The notes under the pieces are model-generated. The model was not told the origin of the DNA and made no database searches. It was given only the letters and a program-made list of their open reading frames with translations. A stretch of 64,000 nt of DNA from Scyliorhinus canicula. Taxonomy: Eukaryota. The DNA is taken from the NCBI RefSeq assembly GCF_902713615.1, contig NC_052158.1, positions 5,941,196 to 6,005,195 on the forward strand. Reading direction: 5' to 3'. Both the position numbers and the translations under genes were made by a program. This document shows positions 24,413 through 36,269 of the stretch, piece by piece; position 1 is the first letter of the stretch, and the number at the start of each line of letters is the position of its first letter.

Positions 24413-26946
24413 ACTGATGGCAGTGAGCAGCTTGATGGCAGTGAGCAGCTTGATGGCTGTGAGCAGCTTGATGGCTGTGAGCAGCTTGATGGCTGTGAGC
24501 AGCTTGATGGCTGTGAGCAGCTTGATGGCAGTGAGCAGCTTGATGGCAGTGAGCAGCTTGATGGCAGTGAGCAGCTTGATGGCAGTGAGCAGCTTGATGG
24601 CAGTGAGCAGCTTGATGGCGGTGAGCAGCTTGATGGCGGTGAGCAGCTTGATGGCTGTGAGCAGCTTGATGGCTGTGAGCAGCTTGATGGCAGTGAGCAG
24701 CTTGATGGCAGTGAGCAGCTTGATGGCGGTGAGCAGCTTGATGGCAGTGAGCAGCTTGATGGCAGTGAGCAGCTTGATGGCTGTGAGCAGCTTGATGGCA
24801 GTGAGCAGCTTGATGGCTGTGAGCAGCTTGATGGCAGTGAGCAGCAGCTTGATGGCAGTGAGCAGCAGCTTGATGGCAGTGAGCAGCTTGATGGCTGTGA
24901 GCAGCTTGATGGCTGTGAGCAGCTTGATGGCAGTGAGCAGCTTGATGGCTGTGAGCAGCTTGATGGCTGTGAGCAGCTTGATGGCATGAGCAGCTTGATG
25001 GCAGTGAGCAGCTTGATGGCAGTGAGCAGCTTGATGGCAGTGAGCAGCTTGATGGCAGTGAGCAGCTTGATGGCAGTGAGCAGCTTGATGACAGTGAGCA
25101 GCTTGATGGCAGTGAGCAGCTTGATGGCAGTGAGCAGCTTGATGGCAGTGAGCAGCTTGATGGCAGTGAGCAGCTTGATGGCAGTGAGCAGCTTGATGGC
25201 AGTGAGCAGCTTGATGGCTGTGAGCAGCTTGATGGCTGTGAGCAGCTTGATGGCTGTGAGCAGCTTGATGGCTGTGAGCAGCTTGATGGCTGTGAGCAGC
25301 TTGATGGCAGTGAGCAGCTTGATGGCTGTGAGCAGCTTGATGGCAGTGAGCAGCTTGATGGCAGTGAGCAGCTTGATGGCAGTGAGCAGCTTGATGGCAG
25401 TGAGCAGCTTGATGGCTGTGAGCAGCTTGATGGCTGTGAGCAGCTTGATGGCTGTGAGCAGCTTGATGGCAGTGAGCAGCTTGATGGCAGTGAGCAGCTT
25501 GATGGCAGTGAGCAGCTTGATGGCAGTGAGCAGCTTGATGGCAGTGAGCAGCTTGATGGCAGTGAGCAGCTTGATGGCTGTGAGCAGCAGCTTGATGGCA
25601 GTGAGCAGCTTGATGGCTGTGAGCAGCTTGATGGCAGTGAGCAGCTTGATGGCAGTGAGCAGCTTGGCAGTGAGCAGCTTGATGGCTGTGAGCAGCTTGA
25701 TGGCTGTGAGCAGCTTGATGGCTGTGAGCAGCTTGATGGCTGTGAGCAGCTTGATGGCAGTGAGCAGCTTGATGGCAGTGAGCAGCTTGATGGCAGTGAG
25801 CAGCTTGATGGCAGTGAGCAGCTTGATGGCAGTGAGCAGCTTGATGGCAGTGAGCAGCTTGATGGCTGTGAGCAGCTTGATGGCTGTGAGCAGCTTGATG
25901 TCAGTGAGCAGCTTGATGGCAGTGAGCAGCTTGATGGCTGTGAGCAGCTTGATGGCAGTGAGCAGCTTGATGGCAGTGAGCAGCTTGATGGCTGTGAGCA
26001 GCTTGATGGCTGTGAGCAGCTTGATGTCAGTGAGCAGCTTGATGGCAGTGAGCAGCTTGATGGCAGTGAGCAGCTTGATGGCAGTGAGCAGCTTGATGGC
26101 TGTGAGCAGCTTGATGGCTGTGAGCAGCTTGATGTCAGTGAGCAGCTTGATGGCTGTGAGCAGCTTGATGGCTGTGAGCAGCTTGATGGCTGTGAGCAGC
26201 TTGATGGCAGTGAGCAGCTTGATGGCAGTGAGCAGCTTGATGGCAGTGAGCAGCTTGATGGCTGTGAGCAGCTTGATGGCTGTGAGCAGCTTGATGGCTG
26301 TGAGCAGCTTGATGGCTGTGAGCAGCTTGATGGCTGTGAGCAGCTTGATGGCTGTGAGCAGCTTGATGGCTGTGAGCAGCTTGATGGCAGTGAGCAGCTT
26401 GATGGCTGTGAGCAGCTTGATGGCAGTGAGCAGCTTGATGGCAGTGAGCAGCTTGATGGCAGTGAGCAGCTTGATGGCAGTGAGCAGCTTGATGGCAGTG
26501 AGCAGCTTGATGGCAGTGAGCAGCTTGATGGCAGTGAGCAGCTTGATGGCAGTGAGCAGCTTGATGGCAGTGAGCAGCTTGATGGCTGTGAGCAGCTTGA
26601 TGGCTGTGAGCAGCTTGATGGCTGTGAGCAGCTTGATGGCAGTGAGCAGCTTGATGGCTGTGAGCAGCCTGATGGCAGTGAGCAGCTTGATGGCTGTGAG
26701 CAGCTTGATGGCTGTGAGCAGCTTGATGGCAGTGAGCAGCTTGATGGCAGTGAGCAGCTTGATGGCAGTGAGCAGCTTGATGGCAGTGAGCAGCTTGATG
26801 GCAGTGAGCAGCTTGATGGCAGTGAGCAGCTTGATGGCAGTGAGCAGCTTGATGGCAGTGAGCAGCTTGATGGCAGTGAGCAGCTTGATGGCAGTGAGCA
26901 GCTTGATGGCAGTGAGCAGCTTGATGGCAGTGAGCAGTTTGATGGA
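24413..26946. repeat. 18-bp minisatellite (GATGGCWGTGAGCAGCTT)n, about 140 copies
   Basis: Direct reading; ends about 40 nt before the C1 exon 3 acceptor. Confidence 0.97.
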
Positions 26947-26987
26947 CCATATCTGTTGATTAAGTGTTTCATTTATACTTCTAACAG

Positions 26988-27310
26988 AGCTTGTCTTTCG
27001 CCAGCCAACGATAAGCCCCATCAAGATTCAGGCCGGCGAATCACGCCTGCAACAAACGGTGACACTGGCCTGCTTTGTGTCAGGGTTTTATCCGGCCGAT
27101 ATTTACATCAGCTGGAGAACTGAGCGGGGTTTGCAAGTTCTGGGAAGTGTGACAAAATTCCCGGTGGTGAGAGACACAAGTGGGACGTACAGTACGGTCA
27201 GTCAGATGGCGATCCCGTTGGCGGACGTGGATCGCACGCTCACCTACATGTGTGTCGTCGGACACGAGTCTCTGACCTTCCCGATTGAAAAATGGTTTCA
27301 AATAAGGTAA
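26988..27310 (+). CDS. Ig C1-set constant domain exon 3 (ends at donor 27306|27307 or reads through to TAA 27308-27310)
   Basis: Acceptor TTTATACTTCTAACAG|AG, phase 1; QPTISP...VTLACFVSGFYPADIYISW...SGTYSTVSQM...TYMCVVGHESL is a C1-set signature. Confidence 0.92.
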
Positions 27311-27740
27311 ATCCCTCAAGTTGTCTTGTCTTGAAAACTTCTTCCATCAAGAAAACTCCACTGGCCTGGCATGTCCTCATTGACACACGTGAGAGATGGA
27401 GGTGCCGTGAGTGGCCCAGATTTATGCTCTGGGGATGTTCAATGCCACCATGGCAACCGATGGTTTTAAATTCCAAAGAACATTCTGGAATCGAAAGCTA
27501 CTCCCCGTCAAGGTCACCATCAGGTTCACTAATGTCCTTCAGGGAAGGGAATCTACCGTCCTTACCCTGTCTGGCCTCCATGTGACTCCAGGCCCACAGC
27601 AATGTGGTTGACTCGCAACAGCCCCTCTGAAATGTCCGAGCGAGACACTCAGTTCAAGGGGCAATTAGGGATGGGTAATAAATGCTCGCCCTGCCCAGCG
27701 ACACCCCATCACAGGAAAGAATTAATAAAATAAATGTAGT

Positions 27741-28325
27741 ACCCACATCTCATCCCACACCCCTAACATCCGTCCCCAACCTCACCCCTCATCGCCACCC
27801 CTCACCCCTCACCCTCCTCAACCGATCCCCACCCCTCACCCCCTCCTCACCATCCCCACCCCTCATCCCATCCCCACCCATCACCCCCATCCCTCACCCC
27901 CTCGTCACCTCCATCCTCACCACCCCCACCCTTCACCCCCTATCCCTCACTCCCACCCCTAACCCCTATCCCCACCCCTCACCCCCCTCCTCACCCCATC
28001 CCCACCCCTCACCCCCTCTTCACCCCGTCCCCACCCCTCAGCCCCACACCTAATCCCCATCCCCACCCCTCACCCCCTCTTCACCCCATCCCCACCCCTC
28101 ACCCCCACACCTAATCCCCTTCCTCACCCCCACCCTTCACCCCCTATCCCTTACTCCCACCCCTAACCCCTATCCACACCCCTCATCCCCCACCCCTCAA
28201 GCCCACCCCATTCCCAGCACCACCCCCAACCCCACCCTACCCCCACCCCACTGTCCCATCCCCACCACTCACCCCCCATCCCACATCACCCCCACCCCCC
28301 AACACCACCCATTCCCACCCCATCC
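27741..28325. repeat. C-rich low-complexity/degenerate tandem repeat
   Basis: CCCCACCCCTCA-like units. Confidence 0.85.
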
Positions 28326-29120
28326 CCACCATTATCCAGGAGCGTTGGGTGCCCATATTTCCCACTGTTTCTCCATGGCAACGGTTTGGCCAATCAAAGT
28401 TGACTTCCCAACCAATCAGCTCCGTTTCCTCTTGCAATATAAATTGTGATGGTTTAAAATTTGGTTTTCTTGTGTTTGTCCTGATGGCTGTAACATGAAA
28501 AGATTCGACGGCATGTCTCCCTTTTAAGCAATATTCGGATTTGAGGGTTAAATCCGTCAGGTTCTGAGAGAAACCTGCTCCTGCTGGTTTCTCCCTGCTT
28601 CATGGAATTGCCAAAGTGCAGTAGGAGACCATTCGGCCCACAGTGTCTGCACCGATCTCCGAATGGGCACCCTATCCAGGCCCAACACCTCCACCTAACC
28701 TGCACGTCCCTGGATACCTGGGGTCAGCGTTGGCACGGCCAACTCACCTAACCTGCACTGTGGGAGGAAACCGGAGCACCCGGAGGACACCCACGCAGAC
28801 ATTCGACGTTCGAGTCCTTCCCCAGGACTTGGGTGGTCAAGGAAGGCGTGTTTGTAACACAGCCAAACAGGTTGAGTGTCAACCTGCAATTCCTTCCAAA
28901 CGCACCATTGGCTGGTGGTAAGAGAGGGAGAGTCTCCTCGTCGGCCATGTTTGATGTGGAGTGACCAGAGTTATAAGCCTCTGGTGACAGATTGACGACC
29001 GGCTCCGGGAATAGCTCGCTATGGAAACAGATGAAAGTGTGCCTTTAGTTCGCCACTCGGTGTGGGTAGAGAATTGGAATTGTGCTGTTGAATTGTGTTA
29101 TTCATTTGTGACCATTTCAG

Positions 29121-29453
29121 TCCCGGCAGAAACGCCCAAGTCGCAAAATGTAGTTCCCCCATCCGGCAATTCACGGGTTTGTTAATGAGTCAATTCTTCT
29201 CTTTTAGTTGATGATCCTGCTGGTGAAGAATCCAGTCGCCTACAACGTTCGACTCCCAATAAGCACCGGAGTGACAGGAATAGTGGGAAATCGTGACCTG
29301 CTTTCCATACATACCTGATGCTGAAATAATGAGTGTTCCCCCGCTGAGATTTAAGTCAATATTATGTTAATGAAATAGACAATTTTACCTCATGTAATAG
29401 CGACCTCTGAGGAATGTGAATCAATTTTAGAGCTGTGGGAAGCATCAAATAAA
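29121..29453 (+). other. Candidate terminal exon/3' UTR of the Ig-like gene with AATAAA at 29448-29453
   Basis: Non-repetitive segment with acceptors CATTTCAG|29121 and CTTCTCTTTTAG|29208, short open tails, stop codons and a downstream AATAAA; which acceptor and frame is used is unresolved. Confidence 0.45.
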
Positions 29454-30050
29454 ACATCAAACATCTCTGCTTAATTCTTTTTAAATAATTCGAGGCAGCA
29501 AACTCGGAGGCCGTGACGCACGATTTCATATTTTAACATCCATTAATTAGCGCAGAATGTAAACTCAATTGTGTCTAAGGTCGGAGCAGCTGGGAGCTAC
29601 TGAAGGCAAGGTTTCAAATTGCAGAGGACGTGAAGAAACCAATTATAGAGGAAGAGAAAGATTGATGACCGAGAGCTGGACTCTCCGGGTGTCTCCGCTG
29701 CGTGTATCTCGTCGCTGCGCCATTCGCCAGCGACGGGATGCTCCACTCCCGCCTTTTGCCAATGGGATTTTCCATTGACGCCACCCCACTTTGCCGGGAA
29801 ACCAACGGGCAGGGGTGCACTGCCGGCAGGAAAAGTGAATGGCAACGGCTGGGGAATTCTGACCATAATTTCTAAATGTAACTATAATCTACTTCCTACT
29901 CCAGCCAGCCCGACTGTAAATATCAGTTTGTCCCATGGTGTGGTGTGTGTACACGTGTGTTTATTTGTATGTGTGTGTGTTTGTATTTGAGTGTGTATTT
30001 TGTTGCGTATGTATTTGTGCGTGTTTGTAATTGTGTGAGTGTGTGTGTGT

Positions 30051-30346
30051 GGGCGGCACGGTAGCACAGTGGTTATCACTGTTGCTTCACAGCACCAGAG
30101 TTCGATTTCCGGCTTGGGTCACTGTCTGTGCAGAGTCTGCACGTTCTCCCCGTATCTGCGTGGGTTTTCTCCGGGTGCTCCAGTTTCCTCCCACAAGTCC
30201 CGAAAGACGTGCTGTTAGGTGAATTGGACATTCTGAATTCTCCCTCTGTGACCCGAACAGGCTCCGGAATGTGGTGACTAGGGGCTTTTCACAGTAACTT
30301 CATTGCAGTCTTAATGTACGCCTACTTGTGACAATAAAGATTATTA
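30051..30346 (+). mobile_element. tRNA-derived SINE copy
   Basis: GGGCGGCACGGTAGCAC head and core. Confidence 0.85.
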
Positions 30347-31604
30347 CTGTATTTGTGTGAGTGTGTATGTTTGTATTTGTGTGAGTGAGCGAGTGAGCGA
30401 GTGAGCGAGTGAGCGAGTGAGCGAGTGAGTGAGTGAGTGAGTGAGGGAGGGAGCGATCTAATCCGAAAGTGAAATGTGGCAGACTATCACAACTACTTTC
30501 TATTGGAGTTTAACCACATGACGATGTGTGTGCTGACATCAGAAGCCAGAAATTCCAGGGATACAGTTAGCTATTTTAAATATTAAATGAATGTGTGTAT
30601 TAATAAAAGAAAATAAACCTTGAAACACATAAGGTCACCTTTACTCAGTTAAAATTAGTCGAACAGAACATTTACCCCAAAAAGATTTCCTCACAGATAA
30701 ATAATCCTTGAGGCAGATTTCCTCGCTATATTTTTAACCTGTATAAAATTCCATCGATATTGCACAAAGTATCCCCATTCTTGTGGTGGGGCTGCTTTTC
30801 ATCTCCCACTCTGCGGTGGAAATTCCTAAAATACTTCAAAACAAATCCCGCTTCCTGAAAACAGCCAACACCTTCCTGGTTTGCCTGAAGCAGCCTCACT
30901 TTCTTTCCTCCCAGTTCTGCCCCCAGCACACAGTCCGGGAGGTCTGACATGGCCAGTCCCAGCACAGCTCCCACATCTCTCCTGTAGTGCACTTATGCGT
31001 TCCTCATGTTTGAGTTCATTGTTCTAAACGTTTCTCCGAAGCTTTTGACCTTCGCAGAATATAAAATGGATTCTCTGTTGGCTGATGCTGGAATCGGGAA
31101 AAGTGATTGGCCGGAGAATCGGTTTCGAGGCCAAAATCGTGGCGGGCGCCATTTTCACGCCAAATCGCAATTTTGCCGTGCCTCAATAACGGCGTCAATG
31201 CGTTCCACTCTGCGTGTACAGTAAACGGCGTTGGCATACCGTTAGCCGGCACTACCCGGCATTCTCCGTGGCCTCTGCGATTCTCCGTCTCCACCCGGGG
31301 GGGAGGGGGGATTGCCTGACGGCTTTACAAAATGGGGAAAAGGCCCCAGTGCCATTGAGCCGCTACCGGTCCTGACACTGACCGGGCTGGTGTGACTGGG
31401 GTGGGCCGCCCTGCCAGGGCCGGGGGTAGGGAGGAGGGGCCAGGGAATGGGCATGGGACCGGGGTGACCTCCCATGGGACTGGGGCGGTGCATACGGTCC
31501 GCCATTGCCGCGGCCGACACGGCAGCCATTTTGCTGCGTACCTCACTGACCGACCACCTTGGCCCCTGGTTATGCAGAGGGTCACCGGCTGTTTGGGTGC
31601 TCCC

Positions 31605-32420
31605 ACCCCACCACCCCTGCCCCACCGCACCCCAGCCCCCACCCCTGCACCCTGCCCCACCCCCCACCCCCTCACCCAGCCCCACCCCCCCACCCCGCAC
31701 CCAGCCCCCCCACCCCTGCACCCAGCCCAACCCTCAACCCCCCCCACCCCCGCACCCAGCCCAACCCTCAACCCCCCCACCCCCGCACCCAGCCCAACCC
31801 TCCATCCCCCACCCCTGCACTCAGCCCCACCCCCCACCCCCTCACCCAGCCCCACCCCCCCACCCCCGCACCCAGACCCACCCTCCACCCCCCCGCACCC
31901 CAGCCCCCACCCCCGCACCCAGCCCAACCCTCAACCCCCCCACCCCCACACCCAGACCCACTCTCCACCCTCCACCCCCCGCACCCCAGCCCCCACCCCC
32001 CCACCCCCGCACCCAGCACAACCCTCAACCCCCCCACCCCCGCACCCAGCCCAACCCTCAACCCCCCCACCCCCGCACCCAGCCCCACCCTCCACCACTC
32101 CACCCCCGCACCCAGCCCCACCCCTGCCCCACCGCACCCCAGCCCCCATCCCTCCCACCCCCGCACCCAGCCCCACCCCCGCACCCAGCCCCACCCTCCA
32201 CCCCCCCACCCCCACACCCAGCCCCACCCTCCACCCCCCACCCCCCGCACCCAGCCCCACCCTCCACACACACCCCAGCCCCCGCACCCTCCACCCCCAC
32301 ACGCAGCCCCACCCTCCACACCTCCCCCACCCCCACACCCCCCCACCCTCCACACCCCCCCCACCCCCACACTCCCCCCACCCCCACACGCTGCCCCCAT
32401 TCACCAACCCCACCATTCCC
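31605..32420. repeat. C-rich minisatellite (CCCCGCACCCAGCCCCACCCTCCA-like) inside the Harbinger element
   Basis: Direct reading; source of the Pro/His and Gly/Trp pseudo-ORFs. Confidence 0.9.
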
Positions 32421-32696
32421 ACACCCCATGCTCTGCCATACCCGACACCCATCTGCCTGCCACCCGCTGGCGGAGCATAATGCGGCCCACCCAGAGGCAA
32501 TGGCCACAGTAGCCCCTACAGGAGGGTGCCGGACACGGAGAGTGGAGGGTACTCCTGGCTGGGGCGGTGCCAGTCGACGATACCCCTGGCAGCTGGGACG
32601 GTTGCCAGGATCACTGATGACGCCACGCGTGTGGGGATGGGGTATGGGGGGGGGGGATATACAGCGGAGGTTCACGCAATGCTGCGATCGTGGTGA

Positions 32697-32930
32697 ATGA
32701 TACCCATCCTGAGGCCACAGACTGAATTGGAGACCCGATACAGCGACCCCCCATGCAGCAACCAGGAATTGGTGCGTCAGCCTCCTGAAGATGCTGTTCA
32801 GTTGCCTGGACTGTTCTGGAGGGGCCGTCCACTGGAGGGCGCTGGGAGGGTCGCCCTCATGCTGTCTTCCACAACATCGCGCAGCAGAGGGGCGATGTGC
32901 TGGAGGAGGTGGATGAAGGCCAAGCCTCCT
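32697..32930 (+). pseudogene. Frameshifted Harbinger DDE transposase C-terminus
   Basis: Fragments PILRPQTELETRY, LKMLFSCLDCSGGA and FHNIAQQRGDVLEEVDE match the HARBI1-type C-terminal pattern (RY..AH..TR..IE..FG.LK.RFRCL...CC.LHN). Confidence 0.75.
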
Positions 32931-33314
32931 CTGGCGAGGACCCTCAAGGTCCACCCGCTAGGTGGTACATCAGGAGTGGAGGCGGCCTGCTGTGACTCCT
33001 GCCCATGCGACCTGAGTCCCCGTTAGTGGCCGTCGTCTGGGGCGACTGGGCCTGAATGGGCCCGGCCGCTGCTCGGGTGTAGCGTGGTGCCGCCTTCTTC
33101 TGCCCGCTGCCCACCAGATGCACCAGGGACAGGTGGGATGGGGGGGGGAGTCCGAGCTGCTGTGGTGTTCTGGCACCTCCCCTGCGGGAGTCACCGGCAC
33201 GGGCCCCAGCACCTCCTCCTCCCTCTGGGTGCCCGATGTCCCCAGGGCTATTCCATGGGAGTGAATCCCTGAGGCTCCCCTGCCACCTGGCGCTGCCAGT
33301 CCTGGAGGCCCGCG

Positions 33315-35137
33315 CTAGTCACGATCAGGGTCGGCACGCTCGCGGTCATGGGGTAAAGGAGTGGACAACCTCCGTCTGGGACTGCGCCACATCACCCAAT
33401 GACTGTGCCACACTTTCTGTGTCTGTGCCGCATCGGCCAGTAACTGTGCCATCTCCGTCTGTGTCTGTGCCACCACCCTCGGTGCCTGGGCATTGCCTCC
33501 GACCCTCTCAGCCTCAGCCTGCAGTGACTGGGCCGCGCTGAGGAGCGCCGCTGTGATGTCCAGGTGGCTCTGGCACATAGCTGCCTGTGACAGGGCCGCC
33601 CTGTCCTGGACCTCGGCCCCCGCCTGCACAGAATGACCCAGGCCTTGGACACACTGATCCATGGCCAAAACCCTCGCCCCCAATGCCTCCACCACAGACA
33701 CCACCTCCTGCTCCTGCACGCCGTTGGATTCCTCCACCTCCACCTGCAGCTACTGGATGCTCGCCGACAACCCCCCATGTGGCCCCTGGCTCTGTGCCTG
33801 CGTTTCCACTATAGATATGACTGTCCGATCCAGGGGCCCGAAATCCATCTGGACGGATACTAGTCCCTGGGGTCGGCCCACCCTCCAACTGTCCACCCCC
33901 TCGGGAGTTCCTACCTCCACCTGCCGTACCGGAGCAGCTGTGTGCGCACCTGGGAGTGTCCCAGGAGCCTCTTCATTAAACTACCCAACCGAGGTGAGTG
34001 TCTCTGGGGTGGTGGGGAGGGGGAGGGGGTTGCTGGAGACAGATGTAACGGTAAATCTGTGTCATCCTCAGACTCGGGCTCCAGGGTTTCCTGGGCCTCA
34101 GGTCTGAGGCCCCCCTCCGTGTCGGTACCTTCATCGCTTCTCAGTACCTGGGGCTTTGCCTCTGCCTGTGGCTAGGGGCTGCGGACACCAGCTGGGCCCT
34201 CCCCATCACCAGCAGCTCCTGACATAAGACGCGTGATTCGACCGTGGTCCGAGCGAGTTGGGGGGGGGGGGGGTGGGGTAATCGGGATGGTGGGGGTGTG
34301 TGGAGCTGGGTGAAGGGATGGTATGAGGGTGGTGTGGGGTTCAGGGTGGTGTGAGGGTGGCGGTGAGGGTGGCGGTGAGGGTGGTGAGGGTGGCGGTGAG
34401 GGTGGTGAGGGTGGCGGTGAGGGTGGTGAGGGTGGCGGTGAGGGTGGTGAGGGTGGCGGTGAGGGTGGTGTAGGGTGGCGGTGGGGGGGGACAGTCGTGT
34501 AAGGGTGGTGGGGGGGTGAGGGTGTGGGGTTCTGTGGGGATGACGTGGGGTTGAAGGTGGTGTTGTGCGGGGGGGTGGGGGGGGGAGTGGTTGACACATG
34601 TCACGTGGAACCGCAACTTAGCAGGGTCTCACCTCCTCACCCTAGGCTGATCTCCTCCTCGGCAACTGCCCTGTCCTCGGGCCTGCCGACCACGTCCAGG
34701 GCTCTGTGCTCTGCCGCGGTGAGGGGCCGCAGATCCGGCGGTCCCCCTCCAGTCCTCTCCCGCTCCCGGCGGTTATGGCGGCCTTCTCCTGTGGGGAGAG
34801 AGGGGGGGGAGAGAACAGAAAATGACAGTGTAGACAGTCCGACTCATGAAGCCCAGGGGATGGGTAACTGGTGGTTTCAGTGCCCAGGGCCACCGGGCAT
34901 GGCGGCTGGTCTGTGTTCAGGCAGGTGGTGCAGGGTGGGGGGTTCGGCCGCCCTCTGGGTTTGGGGGGGGGGGGAGGTGTGTGCGGTGTGTGGGAGGGGG
35001 CTTGGTGCCAGGGCACAGTGTTGCTTACTCACCCTGGCCGCCCTAAGGAGGTGGTGCAATTTTCTTTGGCACCGAAGGCCGGTCCAGGTAATTGTGGCGA
35101 TGACACAGTCGATGGGCTCAAGGGGCTGGAGGGCCAA
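33315..35137 (-). pseudogene. Spliced, frameshifted Myb/SANT-like (trihelix) partner gene of Harbinger
   Basis: Exon ending WTGLRCQRKLHHLLRAAR|GTGAGT (donor 35032-35027); next exon from 34788, EKAA(h)NRRERERTGGGPPDLRPLTAAEHRALDVVG, with a 1-nt deletion; coiled-coil-like ORF 33315-33743. Confidence 0.75.
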
Positions 35138-35629
35138 CAGGAGGACCCCCTGCTTTGGGGGATTTGCAGAACCCTCTTCAGAGTTGGGTTGACGTAAGTT
35201 TGGGTGGAAGTAAAGAATGCTTCAAGATGGAGGTGCCCTCTGATGAGTTTTCACTCACTTAAAAATCAGAAGAGGCCACAACTGCCAAGCTGTTGTCAAG
35301 GTGCAGGAAGTGCTGGGTTCCCAAAGGCTGGCGGTCAAGGACTTCTAATAAACAAAACTCCATGTCTGCACGGCCAAGGCTCTGGTGAGAACACCCTAAC
35401 ACATGTCAGGTGATCTCTTAACTAACTGCATCATCACTTCATCACGTGACCTGTCGGTCTACCTCTTCCCTATTTAAGTTTGGACAACCGGTGTGAGAGA
35501 TGTCACAGTCTGCGTGAACAGTAACTGTGTACGAACCATTTTATAACATACAGATTAAACAGCTAACAATACATAACTATTTACATCAGGTGAAGCACAG
35601 ACTCAGCTGTTGCAGCTGATGCAAAGGCC

Positions 35630-35945
35630 ATCATGTCCACGTTTAAGCAGAGGAACATAGGAATTAGGAGCAGGAGCCGGCAATTCAGCCCCTGGAGCCT
35701 GCTCCGCCATCCAATCAGATCATGGCTGATCTCCTCCTGGTCTCAAATCCACCTCCCAGCCTCTTCTCCATATCCCTTTCACCCCTTTTTAAAATCAGAA
35801 ATATCTCTATCTCCTTGAAACCATTTAATGACTCAATTCCACCGCACTATGGGGCAACGAGTTTCACACATTCACCACCCACTGCGAGAAGTAGTTCCTC
35901 CTCATCTCAGTTCTAAATTACCGCCTCTCAACCTATTTAAACTTT
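35630..35945 (-). mobile_element. CR1-type LINE 3' fragment
   Basis: Begins GAACATAGGAATTAGGAGCAGGAG...CAATTCAGCCCCTGGAGCCTGCTCCGCCAT, the reverse complement of a typical shark CR1 3' end. Confidence 0.65.
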
Positions 35946-35954
35946 CTTAACACT

Positions 35955-36269
35955 GAACATAGAACATACAGTGCAGAAGGAGGCCATATGGCCTATCGAG
36001 TCTGCACCGACCCACTCAAGCCCTCACTTCCACCCTATCCTTGTAACCCAATAACCCACCCTAACCTTTTTTTGGTCACTGGGGGCAATTGATCATGGCC
36101 AATCCACCTAACCTGCACGTCTTTGGATTATGGGAGGAAACTGGAGCACCCGGAGGAAACCCACGAAGACACGGGGAGAACGTGCAGACAGTGACCCAGC
36201 AGGGAATCGAACCTGGGACCCTGGAGCTGTGAAGCCACAGTGCTAGCCACTTGTGCTACCGTGCTGCCC
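35955..36269 (-). mobile_element. tRNA-derived SINE copy
   Basis: Reverse complement of the SINE head and core. Confidence 0.85.

Larger units (their letters stand above)
31066..35190. mobile_element. Decayed PIF/Harbinger DNA transposon with convergent transposase (+) and Myb/SANT-like (-) gene remnants
   Basis: See the two pseudogene entries; GC-rich terminal region with GATTCTCC motifs; internal C-rich minisatellite. Confidence 0.75.

Noticed and set aside
24282-27024. 896-, 873- and 657-aa ORFs (PSSCSL, AIKLLT, MAVSSL repeats)
   Set aside because: Translations of the 18-bp minisatellite inside an intron; no non-repetitive coding context.
24371-29211. Identical 16-mer CTTCTCTTTTAGTTGA at 24371 and 29196 (possible paralogous acceptors)
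   Set aside because: A single low-complexity 16-bp match is expected by chance in 64 kb; the 24383 segment gives no phase-compatible exon.
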